A DNA stretch of 64,000 nucleotides. Source: Candidatus Pyrohabitans jungbluthii. Lineage in GTDB: Archaea; Hydrothermarchaeota; Hydrothermarchaeia; Hydrothermarchaeales; BMS3B. Where the stretch lies: assembly GCA_002010065.2 (NCBI GenBank), contig MTMD02000005.1:22180-86179 (forward strand), given 5' to 3'. The notes under the pieces are model-generated. The model searched no databases. It was not told the DNA's origin and saw only the letters and a list, made by a program, of their open reading frames with translations. The position numbers and the translations under genes were made by a program. The stretch's first letter is position 1. Every line of letters starts with the position of its first letter. This document shows, piece after piece, positions 28,090 through 37,363 of this stretch.

Positions 28090-28652
28090 ATCTGTCTCAT
28101 TGAATAAATCATCCTGTGGAAAGCTGTAAGGAATCCGAGGGCAGCGAGGAAGACCAGGAGGTAGTACACCTCACCTATAAGCAAACCTATTATTATGGCC
28201 AGGATTCTGAAGTCCCTCGTGGCTATTCCAACTTTACATTCCGCGCCAACTGCTTCGGCCATTATCCTGGTCACGCTAACCAGGAAGGTACCCACAATCG
28301 CTAGGCTTCCAGCCAGCCAGTACTCCGCGGGGTTAAAGGCGATCAGAGCGATTATTAAAGCTGCGTCTACAAATCTGTCCAGCACCCTGTCAAGGTAAGC
28401 TCCCTTCTTTGTTACCCTGCTGGAGAGCCTCGCCAGGTCGCCGTCGGTGCAGTCCAGAATCTGAGATACCAGAAGCACCACCACGCCTGCGATTATGCTC
28501 TGAGTGGCTATAAGGTAGGCGGCGTAGAATCCCAGGAGTGTTGCTATAATAGTTACCATGTTCGGTGTCAGTGGCGTTCGCATCAGCAGCTTTGCAATGG
28601 GTATAGAAAATCGCCTGTAAATGTAGTGAGTAAGTGGATATTTCAACTCCAT
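28086..28652 (-). CDS. CDP-alcohol phosphotransferase
   Basis: TPNMVT, DCTDGDLAR…GAYLDRVLD signature. Confidence 0.92.
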   Translation of the reverse strand: MELKYPLTHYIYRRFSIPIAKLLMRTPLTPNMVTIIATLLGFYAAYLIATQSIIAGVVVLLVSQILDCTDGDLARLSSRVTKKGAYLDRVLDRFVDAALIIALIAFNPAEYWLAGSLAIVGTFLVSVTRIMAEAVGAECKVGIATRDFRILAIIIGLLIGEVYYLLVFLAALGFLTAFHRMIYSMRQM

Positions 28653-28820
28653 TTTAAACGACCTGATAATCCCTTTTTAAGTATTTTTTATTGTAACTCA
28701 GCCTTACTGCATAAATTCCCACCAAAGGCTGATTAAGCAAATCCCACCTCTCTTTTGATAGAATTTTAATCACAAGAAATATTATTGTAGTTCAATATTG
28801 TCATTTAGAGGGGTAAAACG

Positions 28821-29573
28821 ATGAAGGCGGTTATCCTTGCAGCGGGCATGGGTAGCAGGCTTGGTGAGTTTACCAGAGATAAACCAAAGACTCTGCTGCT
28901 GGTGAGAGGCAAGCCGCTGATATTCCACATCTTGGGGAGCCTCTCCACTAATGGGATAGAAGAAGTGATAATAATAACTGGCTACGAAGATGAAAAGATT
29001 AGAGAGGAGGTGAGAGACGGCTCTGCGTGGGGACTAAAGGTAAGATACGTTAACAACCCCCGCTATGATTCAACAAACAATATCTACAGCCTTCGCCTGG
29101 CGGAGAAGGAGGTGGCATCACAGGGATTTTTGATTGTGAATTCGGACGTCTTCTTTCATCCCGAGATTTTAAGGAGGCTTCTTGAGGCTAAAAATAGTGG
29201 GATTACCCTTATGGTGGATGTTGAAAAGAGTCTGGGGGAAGAGGAGATGAAGGTAGTAGCCCGGGAGGAGCGTATTACAGATATCGGGAAGGGGCTACTC
29301 CCCAGAGATGCGGATGGGGAATATATAGGTCTTGCGCGTATTGATTCTGAGTTTACCTCCATATTTTTTGATGCTATTAAGGAAGTGCTACGCGACCAGG
29401 GGGCAGGGGTTTTCTACGAGGAGGCTTTTAAAAGACTTATAGAGAAGGGTTTCCCAATAAAATACAGCACGACCGGTGGGTATCCATGGATAGAGATTGA
29501 CACCCCACAGGACCTGAGAACTGCCGAGGCTGACATAGCACCAGAGATAGAAAAGGGGCGTGTTGACCTATAA
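28821..29573 (+). CDS. Cytidylyltransferase (IPCT/LicC-like NTP transferase)
   Basis: ILAAGMGSRL, PK, NNIYSL, EEMKV, GEYIG, WIEIDTPQD. Confidence 0.88.
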   Translation: MKAVILAAGMGSRLGEFTRDKPKTLLLVRGKPLIFHILGSLSTNGIEEVIIITGYEDEKIREEVRDGSAWGLKVRYVNNPRYDSTNNIYSLRLAEKEVASQGFLIVNSDVFFHPEILRRLLEAKNSGITLMVDVEKSLGEEEMKVVAREERITDIGKGLLPRDADGEYIGLARIDSEFTSIFFDAIKEVLRDQGAGVFYEEAFKRLIEKGFPIKYSTTGGYPWIEIDTPQDLRTAEADIAPEIEKGRVDL

Positions 29574-29648
29574 GATTCCTATAAGGGCTAAATCTTCGAG
29601 ATACGCCCTTTCAAAGCTTTTATTATATGGACAATCAACACGATTTAC

Positions 29649-29830
29649 ATGCTGAGGAGATTTTTCATTCTTCTGCTTCTAGTAGGTGCTGTGCATGCCC
29701 AAGAAGTGCGCTTCTCTGGGTGGAGTATCATCACGAAGTTTGCGCTTAGCTTCTATAACCCTGTAAGGGGGTGAGTTCTCTCCATAGGCGGCGATAGTTA
29801 TGTGGTAGCGAGGAGTAAAAGCTCTATACG
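29649..29830 (+). pseudogene. Degenerate duplicate of the 5' part of the downstream surface-protein gene
   Basis: MLRRFFILLLLVGAVHAQEVRFSGW…KFALSFYNPVRG*VLSIGGDSYVV versus EESLLKFYSW…EFVLSFYDPSEAETINVRGKEYLL; in-frame TGA at 29772. Confidence 0.55.
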
Positions 29831-29933
29831 GCCCCACATTGTGATTTTAATCTCATTAGCAGCTGTGCATCTTCGGGATAAACAGGTAAATTTAATACTT
29901 AATAACTCCAAGTTTTACTATAGGTGGATGTTT

Positions 29934-31076
29934 ATGAGAAGAGAGATATTGGCGTTTATTCTGGTCCTTTTACCTTTTAATGCTGCAGCAGAGGAATCTC
30001 TTCTGAAGTTCTATTCCTGGGACCCTGCTACAAAGACGCCTCGCATTTTAGAGGGGGAGGAGATAGACATTTCAGGCGAACAGGGCACCTACTACTTTAT
30101 CAACCCTCCTCTTAGGGTGGATGCAAACAGGGACGGCGATACCCTGGATGAAGAAGATTATGTGCTCTACAATGCGCTGTACATTATCAACTCCTCATAC
30201 GCTGAGTTTGTGCTTAGCTTCTACGATCCCAGCGAGGCAGAGACAATAAATGTAAGGGGAAAAGAGTATCTGCTCATATACTCAAACCCATACCAGCAGC
30301 AGTTCCGCTATGCAGAGAGGTACCATTACCTCACTCTGCCCCGGAAGGGAAGTATCCTCTCTAGGGAGGCTACACCATTCCCACAGGACGCCAACCTTAA
30401 GGTCGAGTATGTTAACCCCACCGTCAGCCTGGGCAATGTGATTGGAACTCTCGCTTTCTTTGTAGGCAATAATTACCATTCCTCTGTCAGCATCTTTGAG
30501 GGAAGGTTCCCCAAGGATATAACTTCGGAGCTTAAAGACCCATTTAAGAAGTACAAGATATATGTGGTTGAGGCAGATTCTACGCACGCGAAGCTTGTCA
30601 TAGTGAAAAGGGGCGAGGAAAACGCTGTCTGGGTGAAGAATGGTGATACAGATGTGCTGGGCTACAGCAGGGTGGCGGCCTTCACCCTGAAATATGGGGG
30701 CAGAGGTGAGGGGGGACCATCACTGGGCAATGACGCCAAATACTTTATCCACTTTCGCGGCGAAGCTTTCAAGCTCACTCAGGGTTGCGTGGATATAGAG
30801 GGCACCTTATACGAGCTTTGCTACGATGGTGTGAGGAAGCTAAGCATAAGGCTCAGAGAGGAGTTTGCAGTGCCACCAGAGCCTAAGCCCGAGGAGACAC
30901 AGGCTCCAATAACAACGTCTCCACTAGAGACTACTCCAGCGCCCACCCAGCCACCAGCTACAGAAAAACCAGAAGAAGAAAAGAAAGGTGTGTGTGGACC
31001 TACTCTGCTTGCGCTGCTCGCCCTAATTCCCCTGCTCAGGCGCCCCTCATTCGCCTCTTGTACTCCTCCAGCTTAG
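29934..31076 (+). CDS. Secreted surface protein with Pro/Thr linker and CGP-CTERM sorting signal
   Basis: Signal peptide, DANRDGD Ca-loop-like motif, PT-rich stalk, KKGVCGP-hydrophobic-RR. Confidence 0.8.
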   Translation: MRREILAFILVLLPFNAAAEESLLKFYSWDPATKTPRILEGEEIDISGEQGTYYFINPPLRVDANRDGDTLDEEDYVLYNALYIINSSYAEFVLSFYDPSEAETINVRGKEYLLIYSNPYQQQFRYAERYHYLTLPRKGSILSREATPFPQDANLKVEYVNPTVSLGNVIGTLAFFVGNNYHSSVSIFEGRFPKDITSELKDPFKKYKIYVVEADSTHAKLVIVKRGEENAVWVKNGDTDVLGYSRVAAFTLKYGGRGEGGPSLGNDAKYFIHFRGEAFKLTQGCVDIEGTLYELCYDGVRKLSIRLREEFAVPPEPKPEETQAPITTSPLETTPAPTQPPATEKPEEEKKGVCGPTLLALLALIPLLRRPSFASCTPPA

Positions 31077-31476
31077 CTCTGAGTTCTGAATCCTTGAGGG
31101 CAAGAATCTCAATAGCTAAGAGTGCCGCATTTTTAGCGTTGTCTATGCCCACAGTAGCAACCGGCACGCCAGGTGGTAGCTGGGCAATTGCAAGCAGCGC
31201 ATCTAAGCCGAGAAGCTTCACCTCCCGTGGTACGCCTATCACAGGCTTTATTGTGTGGCTTGCTATTACTCCGGGTAGCGCGGCGCTTAAGCCAGCGATG
31301 GCGATGAAAACCTCGCAGTCATCTCGTTCTGCAATCGCCTTAACCTTTTCCGGCGTGCGATGAGCGCTTGCTACGTGCACTTCGCAAGCAACGCCGAACT
31401 CCTTTAAGACAGCCTCAGCCTTCTCCGCGAGTTCGCGGTCAGACTCGCTTCCTATAACCACAATCACCTTGCTCAT
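31036..31476 (-). CDS. purE: N5-CAIR mutase / AIR carboxylase
   Basis: GSESD, SAHRTP, AGLSAALPG, PPGVPVATV. Confidence 0.96.
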   Translation of the reverse strand: MSKVIVVIGSESDRELAEKAEAVLKEFGVACEVHVASAHRTPEKVKAIAERDDCEVFIAIAGLSAALPGVIASHTIKPVIGVPREVKLLGLDALLAIAQLPPGVPVATVGIDNAKNAALLAIEILALKDSELRAKLEEYKRRMRGA

Positions 31477-31485
31477 CTCATCACC

Positions 31486-32190
31486 TCAATAAACCTCTAA
31501 GCACGAGCCATAGTCAAGCTTTACCTCACCTTTGCACAGCGCCACTATTGCAGAGGCAACCTCCTCTGGAGAGCGCAGCTTTGAGAAGTCGTCCTCAGGG
31601 TAGAGGGAGCGGTACATCGCTGTATCCGTACCTCCTGGACAGACGGCATAAACTTTAACTTTTGGTGAGACCTCGTACGCGAGGGCTTCGGTTAAGCCAA
31701 GTACGGCGAACTTGCTGGCGCAGTAGGCGCTGAGCTCAGGGAAGCCCATCTTTCCCATGCCGGAGGAGACGTTTACTATGATGCCGCCCCTCTCCAGCAT
31801 GCCGCTGCGCAGCGCTTCGCGGCAGCACAGGAATACGCCCTTTACATTCGTCGCCATTATGTTATCAAACTCCTTCTCATCTGTATCTATTAGTCGCTTT
31901 CGTATCGCCACGCCGGCGTTGTTTATCAGTATCTCTACCCTGCCAAGCTCACTGGCGGCTGCGAACATAGCTTTAACCTGAGCAACGCTGCGAACGTCAG
32001 TGGGTACCGTCAGCGCCTCGCCGCCTTCGTGGGAGATTTCATCTGCCACGCGCTCAAGCTCGCTTCTCGTGCGCGAGGCAAGCACCACCTTGACGCCTTC
32101 CTGTGCGAGGAGCTTGGCTGTGGCAGCGCCTATCCCACGTCCTGCACCTGTGACCACTGCAACCTTTCCCTTGAGCTGCATCTTTCCCAT
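31486..32190 (-). CDS. Short-chain dehydrogenase/reductase
   Basis: TGAGRGIG, NNAG, YCASK. Confidence 0.93.
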   Translation of the reverse strand: MGKMQLKGKVAVVTGAGRGIGAATAKLLAQEGVKVVLASRTRSELERVADEISHEGGEALTVPTDVRSVAQVKAMFAAASELGRVEILINNAGVAIRKRLIDTDEKEFDNIMATNVKGVFLCCREALRSGMLERGGIIVNVSSGMGKMGFPELSAYCASKFAVLGLTEALAYEVSPKVKVYAVCPGGTDTAMYRSLYPEDDFSKLRSPEEVASAIVALCKGEVKLDYGSCLEVY

Positions 32191-32261
32191 GTTCCTTTGC
32201 AGGCCGATTTAAATAAAGGTTGTGGAAATACTTATTTATCCTCATAAGCAGAGGCAGAGGC

Positions 32262-34187
32262 ATGTTCGAGATAAAGTATAAAGACGGTGCAGGAAGAGCA
32301 GGTGTGTTCGAAGTTCATGGCAAAAAGCTGGAGACGCCTTACCTCTTCCCTGTAATAAATCCCAAGCGTCAGGTGCTTGATGTAAAGGAGATTGAGAGGC
32401 TTGGCTTTAATGGCATAATCACCAACTCCTACATAATCTACCGCGATCCTGCGCTGAGACAGCGTGCTTTAGAGCGAGGAATCCACGCTCTTATTGGCTT
32501 TGACGGTGTGGTGATGACCGACTCGGGCTCCTTCCAACTATACCAGTATGGCAGGGTTGAGGTCTCTCCCAGTGAGATAGTGCATTTCCAGGATGAGATA
32601 GGCGTGGACATAGGTGTGATTCTTGACATTCCTACACCTCCAGATGTGGGCTATGAGCGTGCGGAGCGGGAGCTTGAGGAGACACTGACCCGTGCCAAGG
32701 AGGCGGCTAGGCTTAGCAGAAAAATGCTCCTCGCAGGCACAGTGCAGGGCTCCACCTATGCTGAGCTAAGGGAGCGCGCAGCTTCAGGAATAGCAGCGCT
32801 GGGTTTCGACGTGCATGCAATAGGGGGCGTGGTTCCCCTCATGGAGGAGTACCGCTTCGCCGACCTCGCAAGGGTAATCCTCCATGCGAAGCTTAAGCTG
32901 GGGCATGCGAAGCCGGTGCATCTATTTGGTGCTGGGCATCCCATAGTATTTGCCTTCGCCTCGCTCTTGGGATGCGACCTCTTTGACAGCGCCTCCTATG
33001 CCCTCTACGCCAGGGATGGGCGCTACATCACCGCGAGGGGTACGTATAAGCTTGAGGAGCTTCACGAACTTCCCTGCTCGTGTGAGGTTTGTGCAGAGCA
33101 CTCTGCAAGGGAGCTTAAGGGCTTAGAGGCAGAAGAACGCGAACAGCTGCTGGCGAAGCACAACCTCATCGCCTGCCTGGAGGAGATAAAACGCGTGAGG
33201 CAGGCGATATACGAGGGCTCGCTGTGGGAGCTTGTGGAGCAGCGAGCGAGGGCGCATCCAGCATTGCTCGAGGCGCTGCGTGTCCTTAAGGGCTATTCGC
33301 CCCAGCTTGAACGCCTGGAGCCCGTGACAAAGCGCTCAGCCTTTTTCTACTCAGGCATGGAATCACTCTCGCGTCCGGCAGTGGCGAGGCACATTGAGAG
33401 GCTTTCCTGGATTGAGCGCGTGGGTAAAGAGCTTGTGCTTTTGCCCGACTGCGAGAAGCCGTACTCGCGCACCTATCGCTTGGCGAGCAGTGAGCGCTAC
33501 CACGTATGCATAGCCTCGCCGGTCTTTGGGATAATCCCCCTGGAGATTGAGGAGACGTACCCCTTAACCCAGCATGAGGGTGTTGCTACGCTTGACAGGG
33601 AGCAGCTAGCCTTCATGCGTCGTGTTATAGCTGAGTACGCTCAGCGTTTTACAAAGGTGCATTACCACACTAGCTTGGAATTTCTGGGCATCGAAGGCGA
33701 AGCTTTCGACGAAGTTTCGCAATTTCGCTTTGCTGGCGGGGAGGAGCTTAAGCTGCGAGCCCTCGCTGATTACCAGCTTGGCAAGGGCGCGGGCGAGGTG
33801 CTATTCGCTGGCGCCAGGGCAGAGTACTCCAGGCGTACCGGCAGAATAAGGCGCGCTTTTGTTGATGGCGAACTAGTAGCGACGCTGCGCGCCAGCGACG
33901 GTATAGTTGTGCCGACCATAGCTGGAGCAGAGCGCCTGCTTCGCCTTCGCTACCCGCGATGCCGTGTCGTCGTTGCAGAAGAAGCCAGGCAATTCGCAAA
34001 AGAGGGTAAGAGCGTTTTTGCGAAGTTCGTTGTAGATTGCGACCCCGAGATAAGGGCTATGCAGGAAGTTGTTGTGGTGGATGAAAGCGATGAGCTTTTA
34101 GCCACGGGCACATCGCTGCTGAGCGCCGAGGAAATGCTGGAGTTTGAGCGTGGGATAGCTGTAAAGCCGAGGCACAGGAGGCGTTAG
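32262..34187 (+). CDS. tgtA: Archaeosine tRNA-guanine(15) transglycosylase
   Basis: MTDSGSFQ, HLFGAGHP, DLFDSASY, CSCEVC, C-terminal PUA domain. Confidence 0.95.
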   Translation: MFEIKYKDGAGRAGVFEVHGKKLETPYLFPVINPKRQVLDVKEIERLGFNGIITNSYIIYRDPALRQRALERGIHALIGFDGVVMTDSGSFQLYQYGRVEVSPSEIVHFQDEIGVDIGVILDIPTPPDVGYERAERELEETLTRAKEAARLSRKMLLAGTVQGSTYAELRERAASGIAALGFDVHAIGGVVPLMEEYRFADLARVILHAKLKLGHAKPVHLFGAGHPIVFAFASLLGCDLFDSASYALYARDGRYITARGTYKLEELHELPCSCEVCAEHSARELKGLEAEEREQLLAKHNLIACLEEIKRVRQAIYEGSLWELVEQRARAHPALLEALRVLKGYSPQLERLEPVTKRSAFFYSGMESLSRPAVARHIERLSWIERVGKELVLLPDCEKPYSRTYRLASSERYHVCIASPVFGIIPLEIEETYPLTQHEGVATLDREQLAFMRRVIAEYAQRFTKVHYHTSLEFLGIEGEAFDEVSQFRFAGGEELKLRALADYQLGKGAGEVLFAGARAEYSRRTGRIRRAFVDGELVATLRASDGIVVPTIAGAERLLRLRYPRCRVVVAEEARQFAKEGKSVFAKFVVDCDPEIRAMQEVVVVDESDELLATGTSLLSAEEMLEFERGIAVKPRHRRR

Positions 34188-34188
34188 C

Positions 34189-34965
34189 TTGAAGGCTGCG
34201 CGGGTGCTTCGCGAGGCACTGGCGCTTCTCCGCGCGGAGCCCAAGCTTTTCGTACCCCGAATCGCCACTACCTTCATCTATACCGCCTTTCTGCTCTACC
34301 TCAGCAAGGTGCTCTATGAAGTTGTGCTCATGCTTCAGCGTGGCGAAGTGGCTGGAATAAAAGCCCTCGCTCTGCCTTTAGTAGCCAGCCTCCCCGCTAT
34401 TCTCGCGGTGGATATGCTCACCTATGGCATGTACGCCTCACTGGCGGCGCAACATAGGCGTGGTGAGGTCTCCCTTATTCTTGCGCTGAGGCAAGCGCTC
34501 TCGCGGTGGCGAAGCCTCCTGGCGATAGGCGTCGCTGCCCTGCTCTTCGTAGCCTGCGTTTTCCTTATCAGCTCTCTAACCCTAGCCGGCTTCATGTACA
34601 CCCGCTCTGCCCTCTTCGCACTGGTAACCCTGGGGATATCCTTACTTGGCGTTGTGGTTTTTGCGCTGCTCTTCTTCTTTGCCGTGCCGGTGACTGTGCT
34701 CGAGGGCAGGAGCTTTCTCGCCACAATGGAAAGAAGCGCCTCTCTTGGAGTGAGGCGAAGCAGCGAGGTGGTGGCACTGAACCTGTTCTTCATGCTCCTC
34801 ATATTCATAACCATGCTCATAGGCATGGCCACGCAGTTCAGGGGCAAGGCTTTTGCTGCGGGAGTTGTGCTATTCTTAATTGGAAGGCTGATTCAGGCGG
34901 TGGTTTACACCTACATGAGTGTGGTCGCGCCTACGGCTTACCTGCTGGAGGAAGAGGATGGTTGA
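34189..34965 (+). CDS. Multi-pass membrane protein
   Basis: Six to seven hydrophobic segments; coupled between tgtA and xpf. Confidence 0.7.
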   Translation: MKAARVLREALALLRAEPKLFVPRIATTFIYTAFLLYLSKVLYEVVLMLQRGEVAGIKALALPLVASLPAILAVDMLTYGMYASLAAQHRRGEVSLILALRQALSRWRSLLAIGVAALLFVACVFLISSLTLAGFMYTRSALFALVTLGISLLGVVVFALLFFFAVPVTVLEGRSFLATMERSASLGVRRSSEVVALNLFFMLLIFITMLIGMATQFRGKAFAAGVVLFLIGRLIQAVVYTYMSVVAPTAYLLEEEDG

Positions 34966-35626
34966 GGTAATTGCGGATGTTCGCGAGCAGGCTTCGCAGG
35001 TGCCTGTACTGCTCCAGGAGCTAGGGGCTAAGGTAAAACTGCGCAGCCTTACTGTCGCCGACTATGTGGTGAGTGAGCGCGTTGGCATAGAGCGCAAGTC
35101 AGCGCGAGACTATCTGTCGTCGCTTTTTTCTGGCAGGCTTTTCGACCAGGCGAGCAGGCTGAGTGAGGCTTATGAAAAGCCGGTGATACTCATCGAAGGC
35201 TACTTAGAGGAGGAGCTCGACTGGTTCAATAACTTCTCTGCCATATGGGGTAGCCTCTTTTCGCTTAGCCTCGACATGGGCGTAACGGTACTTCAGGCAA
35301 AAGACCAGGCGTCTGTGGCTAGGGCGATTCTCACCCTTGCAAGGAGGGAGCAGGAGGAGCGGCGCTCAAAGCCGAGGATTAGAGCTAAGCCCAGAATGCT
35401 GAGCATGGATGAAAAACAGGTGTTCTTGGTGAGCGGGCTGCCTAGCGTTGGTACAGAGCTCGCAGAGCGCCTGCTCGCCCATTTCCGTACGCCGCGAAGA
35501 GTTTTCGCCGCAAAGGAAAGGGAGCTGGTGAAGGTGCCGGGGATAGGCAGGAAAAAGGCTCGCAGCATAGCGAGGGTACTCGACTCAGAGTTCCGCTCTT
35601 TTAAGCAGGCTTCGCTGGAGGAGTGA
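34958..35626 (+). CDS. xpf: Short XPF/ERCC4 structure-specific endonuclease with HhH and C-terminal PIP-like box
   Basis: DVRE, ADY, IERKS…D, tandem HhH, terminal QASLEE. Confidence 0.9.
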   Translation: MVEVIADVREQASQVPVLLQELGAKVKLRSLTVADYVVSERVGIERKSARDYLSSLFSGRLFDQASRLSEAYEKPVILIEGYLEEELDWFNNFSAIWGSLFSLSLDMGVTVLQAKDQASVARAILTLARREQEERRSKPRIRAKPRMLSMDEKQVFLVSGLPSVGTELAERLLAHFRTPRRVFAAKERELVKVPGIGRKKARSIARVLDSEFRSFKQASLEE

Positions 35627-36072
35627 GCTTGCCGAGGGATGAGGTGCATGTCATTGTGGGCGTGGTTGTGCTTATCCCAGTGCTGCACCTTGCTTGGGAG
35701 CGCCTCTCCCCCAGTGATGTGCTCCTTTTTACCCTCGCCTACCTGTTCAGTCTGCTGTGGCTTTCCCCTGACTTGGACCTGGATAAGGGCTCCAGAAGCA
35801 TGCGTCGCTGGGGCATACTTGCGGCGATATGGGTGCCCTACGCAAAACTAATGCGCCATCGCGGGCTGAGCCACAGCCTTTTTGCGGGTTTCGTCACGAG
35901 GCTTGCCTACCTGGCGGTGTTTCTCCTGCCCGTCATCTCTCTCATTGATCGTGGGCTTAACCTTAATCTCAGCGCCGCAAGCGTGGGTGTTTTTGTTCTA
36001 GGGATGTGGGTTCCCCATGCTCTCCACGTGCTCCTCGACAGGCTCGACGAAGCTCTCGGAGGAAGGCTCTAG
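35623..36072 (+). CDS. DUF2227-like metal-binding membrane protein
   Basis: LSPDLD, HRGLSHS, HxxxD motifs. Confidence 0.75.
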   Translation: MSLPRDEVHVIVGVVVLIPVLHLAWERLSPSDVLLFTLAYLFSLLWLSPDLDLDKGSRSMRRWGILAAIWVPYAKLMRHRGLSHSLFAGFVTRLAYLAVFLLPVISLIDRGLNLNLSAASVGVFVLGMWVPHALHVLLDRLDEALGGRL

Positions 36073-37274
36073 CGGCGGCTGCGCAGCCTAATCGCTAAAG
36101 CTAGGAGTAGTACTGCAAGCACTGCAAAAATCGCCAGGTTCTGTTTGCTTCTATCATCCCCGCTCCTCTCCCAGTCCTCTAAGAAAAGTTTCTCGAAATA
36201 GCGCGCTGGCGAGCCGTAGATTATCACATTCACCTCGCGGTTCTTCTTGGGCGAGTGCTCATTCCAGTTCATGCTTCCCAGCATCACAGCTTTGCCGTCG
36301 ACCACCATGCCCTTGAGGTGGTACTTCTTGATTTTGTTATTTGTCTTAGCGAGGCGTGCCTCAAGCGGGAGGTTCTCTCTCTGCGCGATCTCATTCACAT
36401 AGCGAACGGTGCGCAGGTTGCTCCTAGGGTCATCTTCCTTCACATGGTACCAGGTGGAGTCCAGAAGTATCTTTACCTCCACACCACGACGAGCCGCATT
36501 TATCGCCTCCTCTAGGAAGAGATTGGGCGTTGTAGCAGGCGAGCCCTCCTTTGTTTTGCCCCAGTAGGTGTATATGTAGAATTGCTCTATGTAGATAGAG
36601 CGGTTCGCACTTCTAAGCAGGGCAAGCGTGGCGTCTATCGCATTCTCAGGGGCAATAACCGCAACCACAGGGAAATTGCCCATGAAGCTCCTTCCGGTAA
36701 AGCGGGCTTTCGTCTCGCTCATGGCTAAGTCAGCGCCTTCCTTGCCTTGGTATCTCACGCTTTGCCTGAGGTCTGCGAAGAAAATCTCTGCGAGAAATCT
36801 TGATAGCTCCTCGCTTGCAAGGATAGCGCCCCACCCACGGTTGCCCTTCCCATACACTGGAAACCCGCTGTCACCAAAATTTTCAGTGGTTATCAGAACG
36901 CTTGCATTGTCTGCAATGGCGTACTTAGCATGGTTAAACCTCAGCTTGCCGTCGTAAAGATAGACCTCTGCCCCATTCGCGGCAAGCGTGCTGAGAAGCA
37001 TGCGCTCCTTCTCCGGCATACCTCCGGCTGGTGCCTTGTCAACCATAACCACGACCTGGGTGCCCTCTTCAAGTTCCCTGAGCAGCGCCCCCGCTATCTC
37101 TTCGCTGGTGAATGTGTAAACGTTAATATAGAGCGAGGTGTTTGAAGAGTCTATGAAGCTGGTAAGTGTGGCAAGCGCTGACTCTGGCGAGGAGAATGCT
37201 GTAACCTGTGTGGCGGTGAATTCCGTTGAGTATGCGCATGGGAGCAGGAGTAGTATGAGGAGTATGTATCTCAT
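36069..37274 (-). CDS. Secreted, membrane-anchored phospholipase D-family protein
   Basis: Two HKD motifs (HAKYAIAD, HLKGMVVD); signal peptide; C-terminal TM. Confidence 0.88.
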   Translation of the reverse strand: MRYILLILLLLPCAYSTEFTATQVTAFSSPESALATLTSFIDSSNTSLYINVYTFTSEEIAGALLRELEEGTQVVVMVDKAPAGGMPEKERMLLSTLAANGAEVYLYDGKLRFNHAKYAIADNASVLITTENFGDSGFPVYGKGNRGWGAILASEELSRFLAEIFFADLRQSVRYQGKEGADLAMSETKARFTGRSFMGNFPVVAVIAPENAIDATLALLRSANRSIYIEQFYIYTYWGKTKEGSPATTPNLFLEEAINAARRGVEVKILLDSTWYHVKEDDPRSNLRTVRYVNEIAQRENLPLEARLAKTNNKIKKYHLKGMVVDGKAVMLGSMNWNEHSPKKNREVNVIIYGSPARYFEKLFLEDWERSGDDRSKQNLAIFAVLAVLLLALAIRLRSRR

Positions 37275-37363
37275 TGTCTAAAGTATTTCAATACTCGATA
37301 AAAAGGTTCACCCATCAAAAGAATTAAAAATTTTGACGCCTATATAAGAGAAGGTTGCCCCGC

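Noticed and set aside
29772-29774. In-frame TGA as selenocysteine or readthrough giving a longer surface protein
   Set aside because: No Cys-equivalent context; the downstream gene has its own signal peptide and AT-rich promoter-like region; decayed duplicate is simpler
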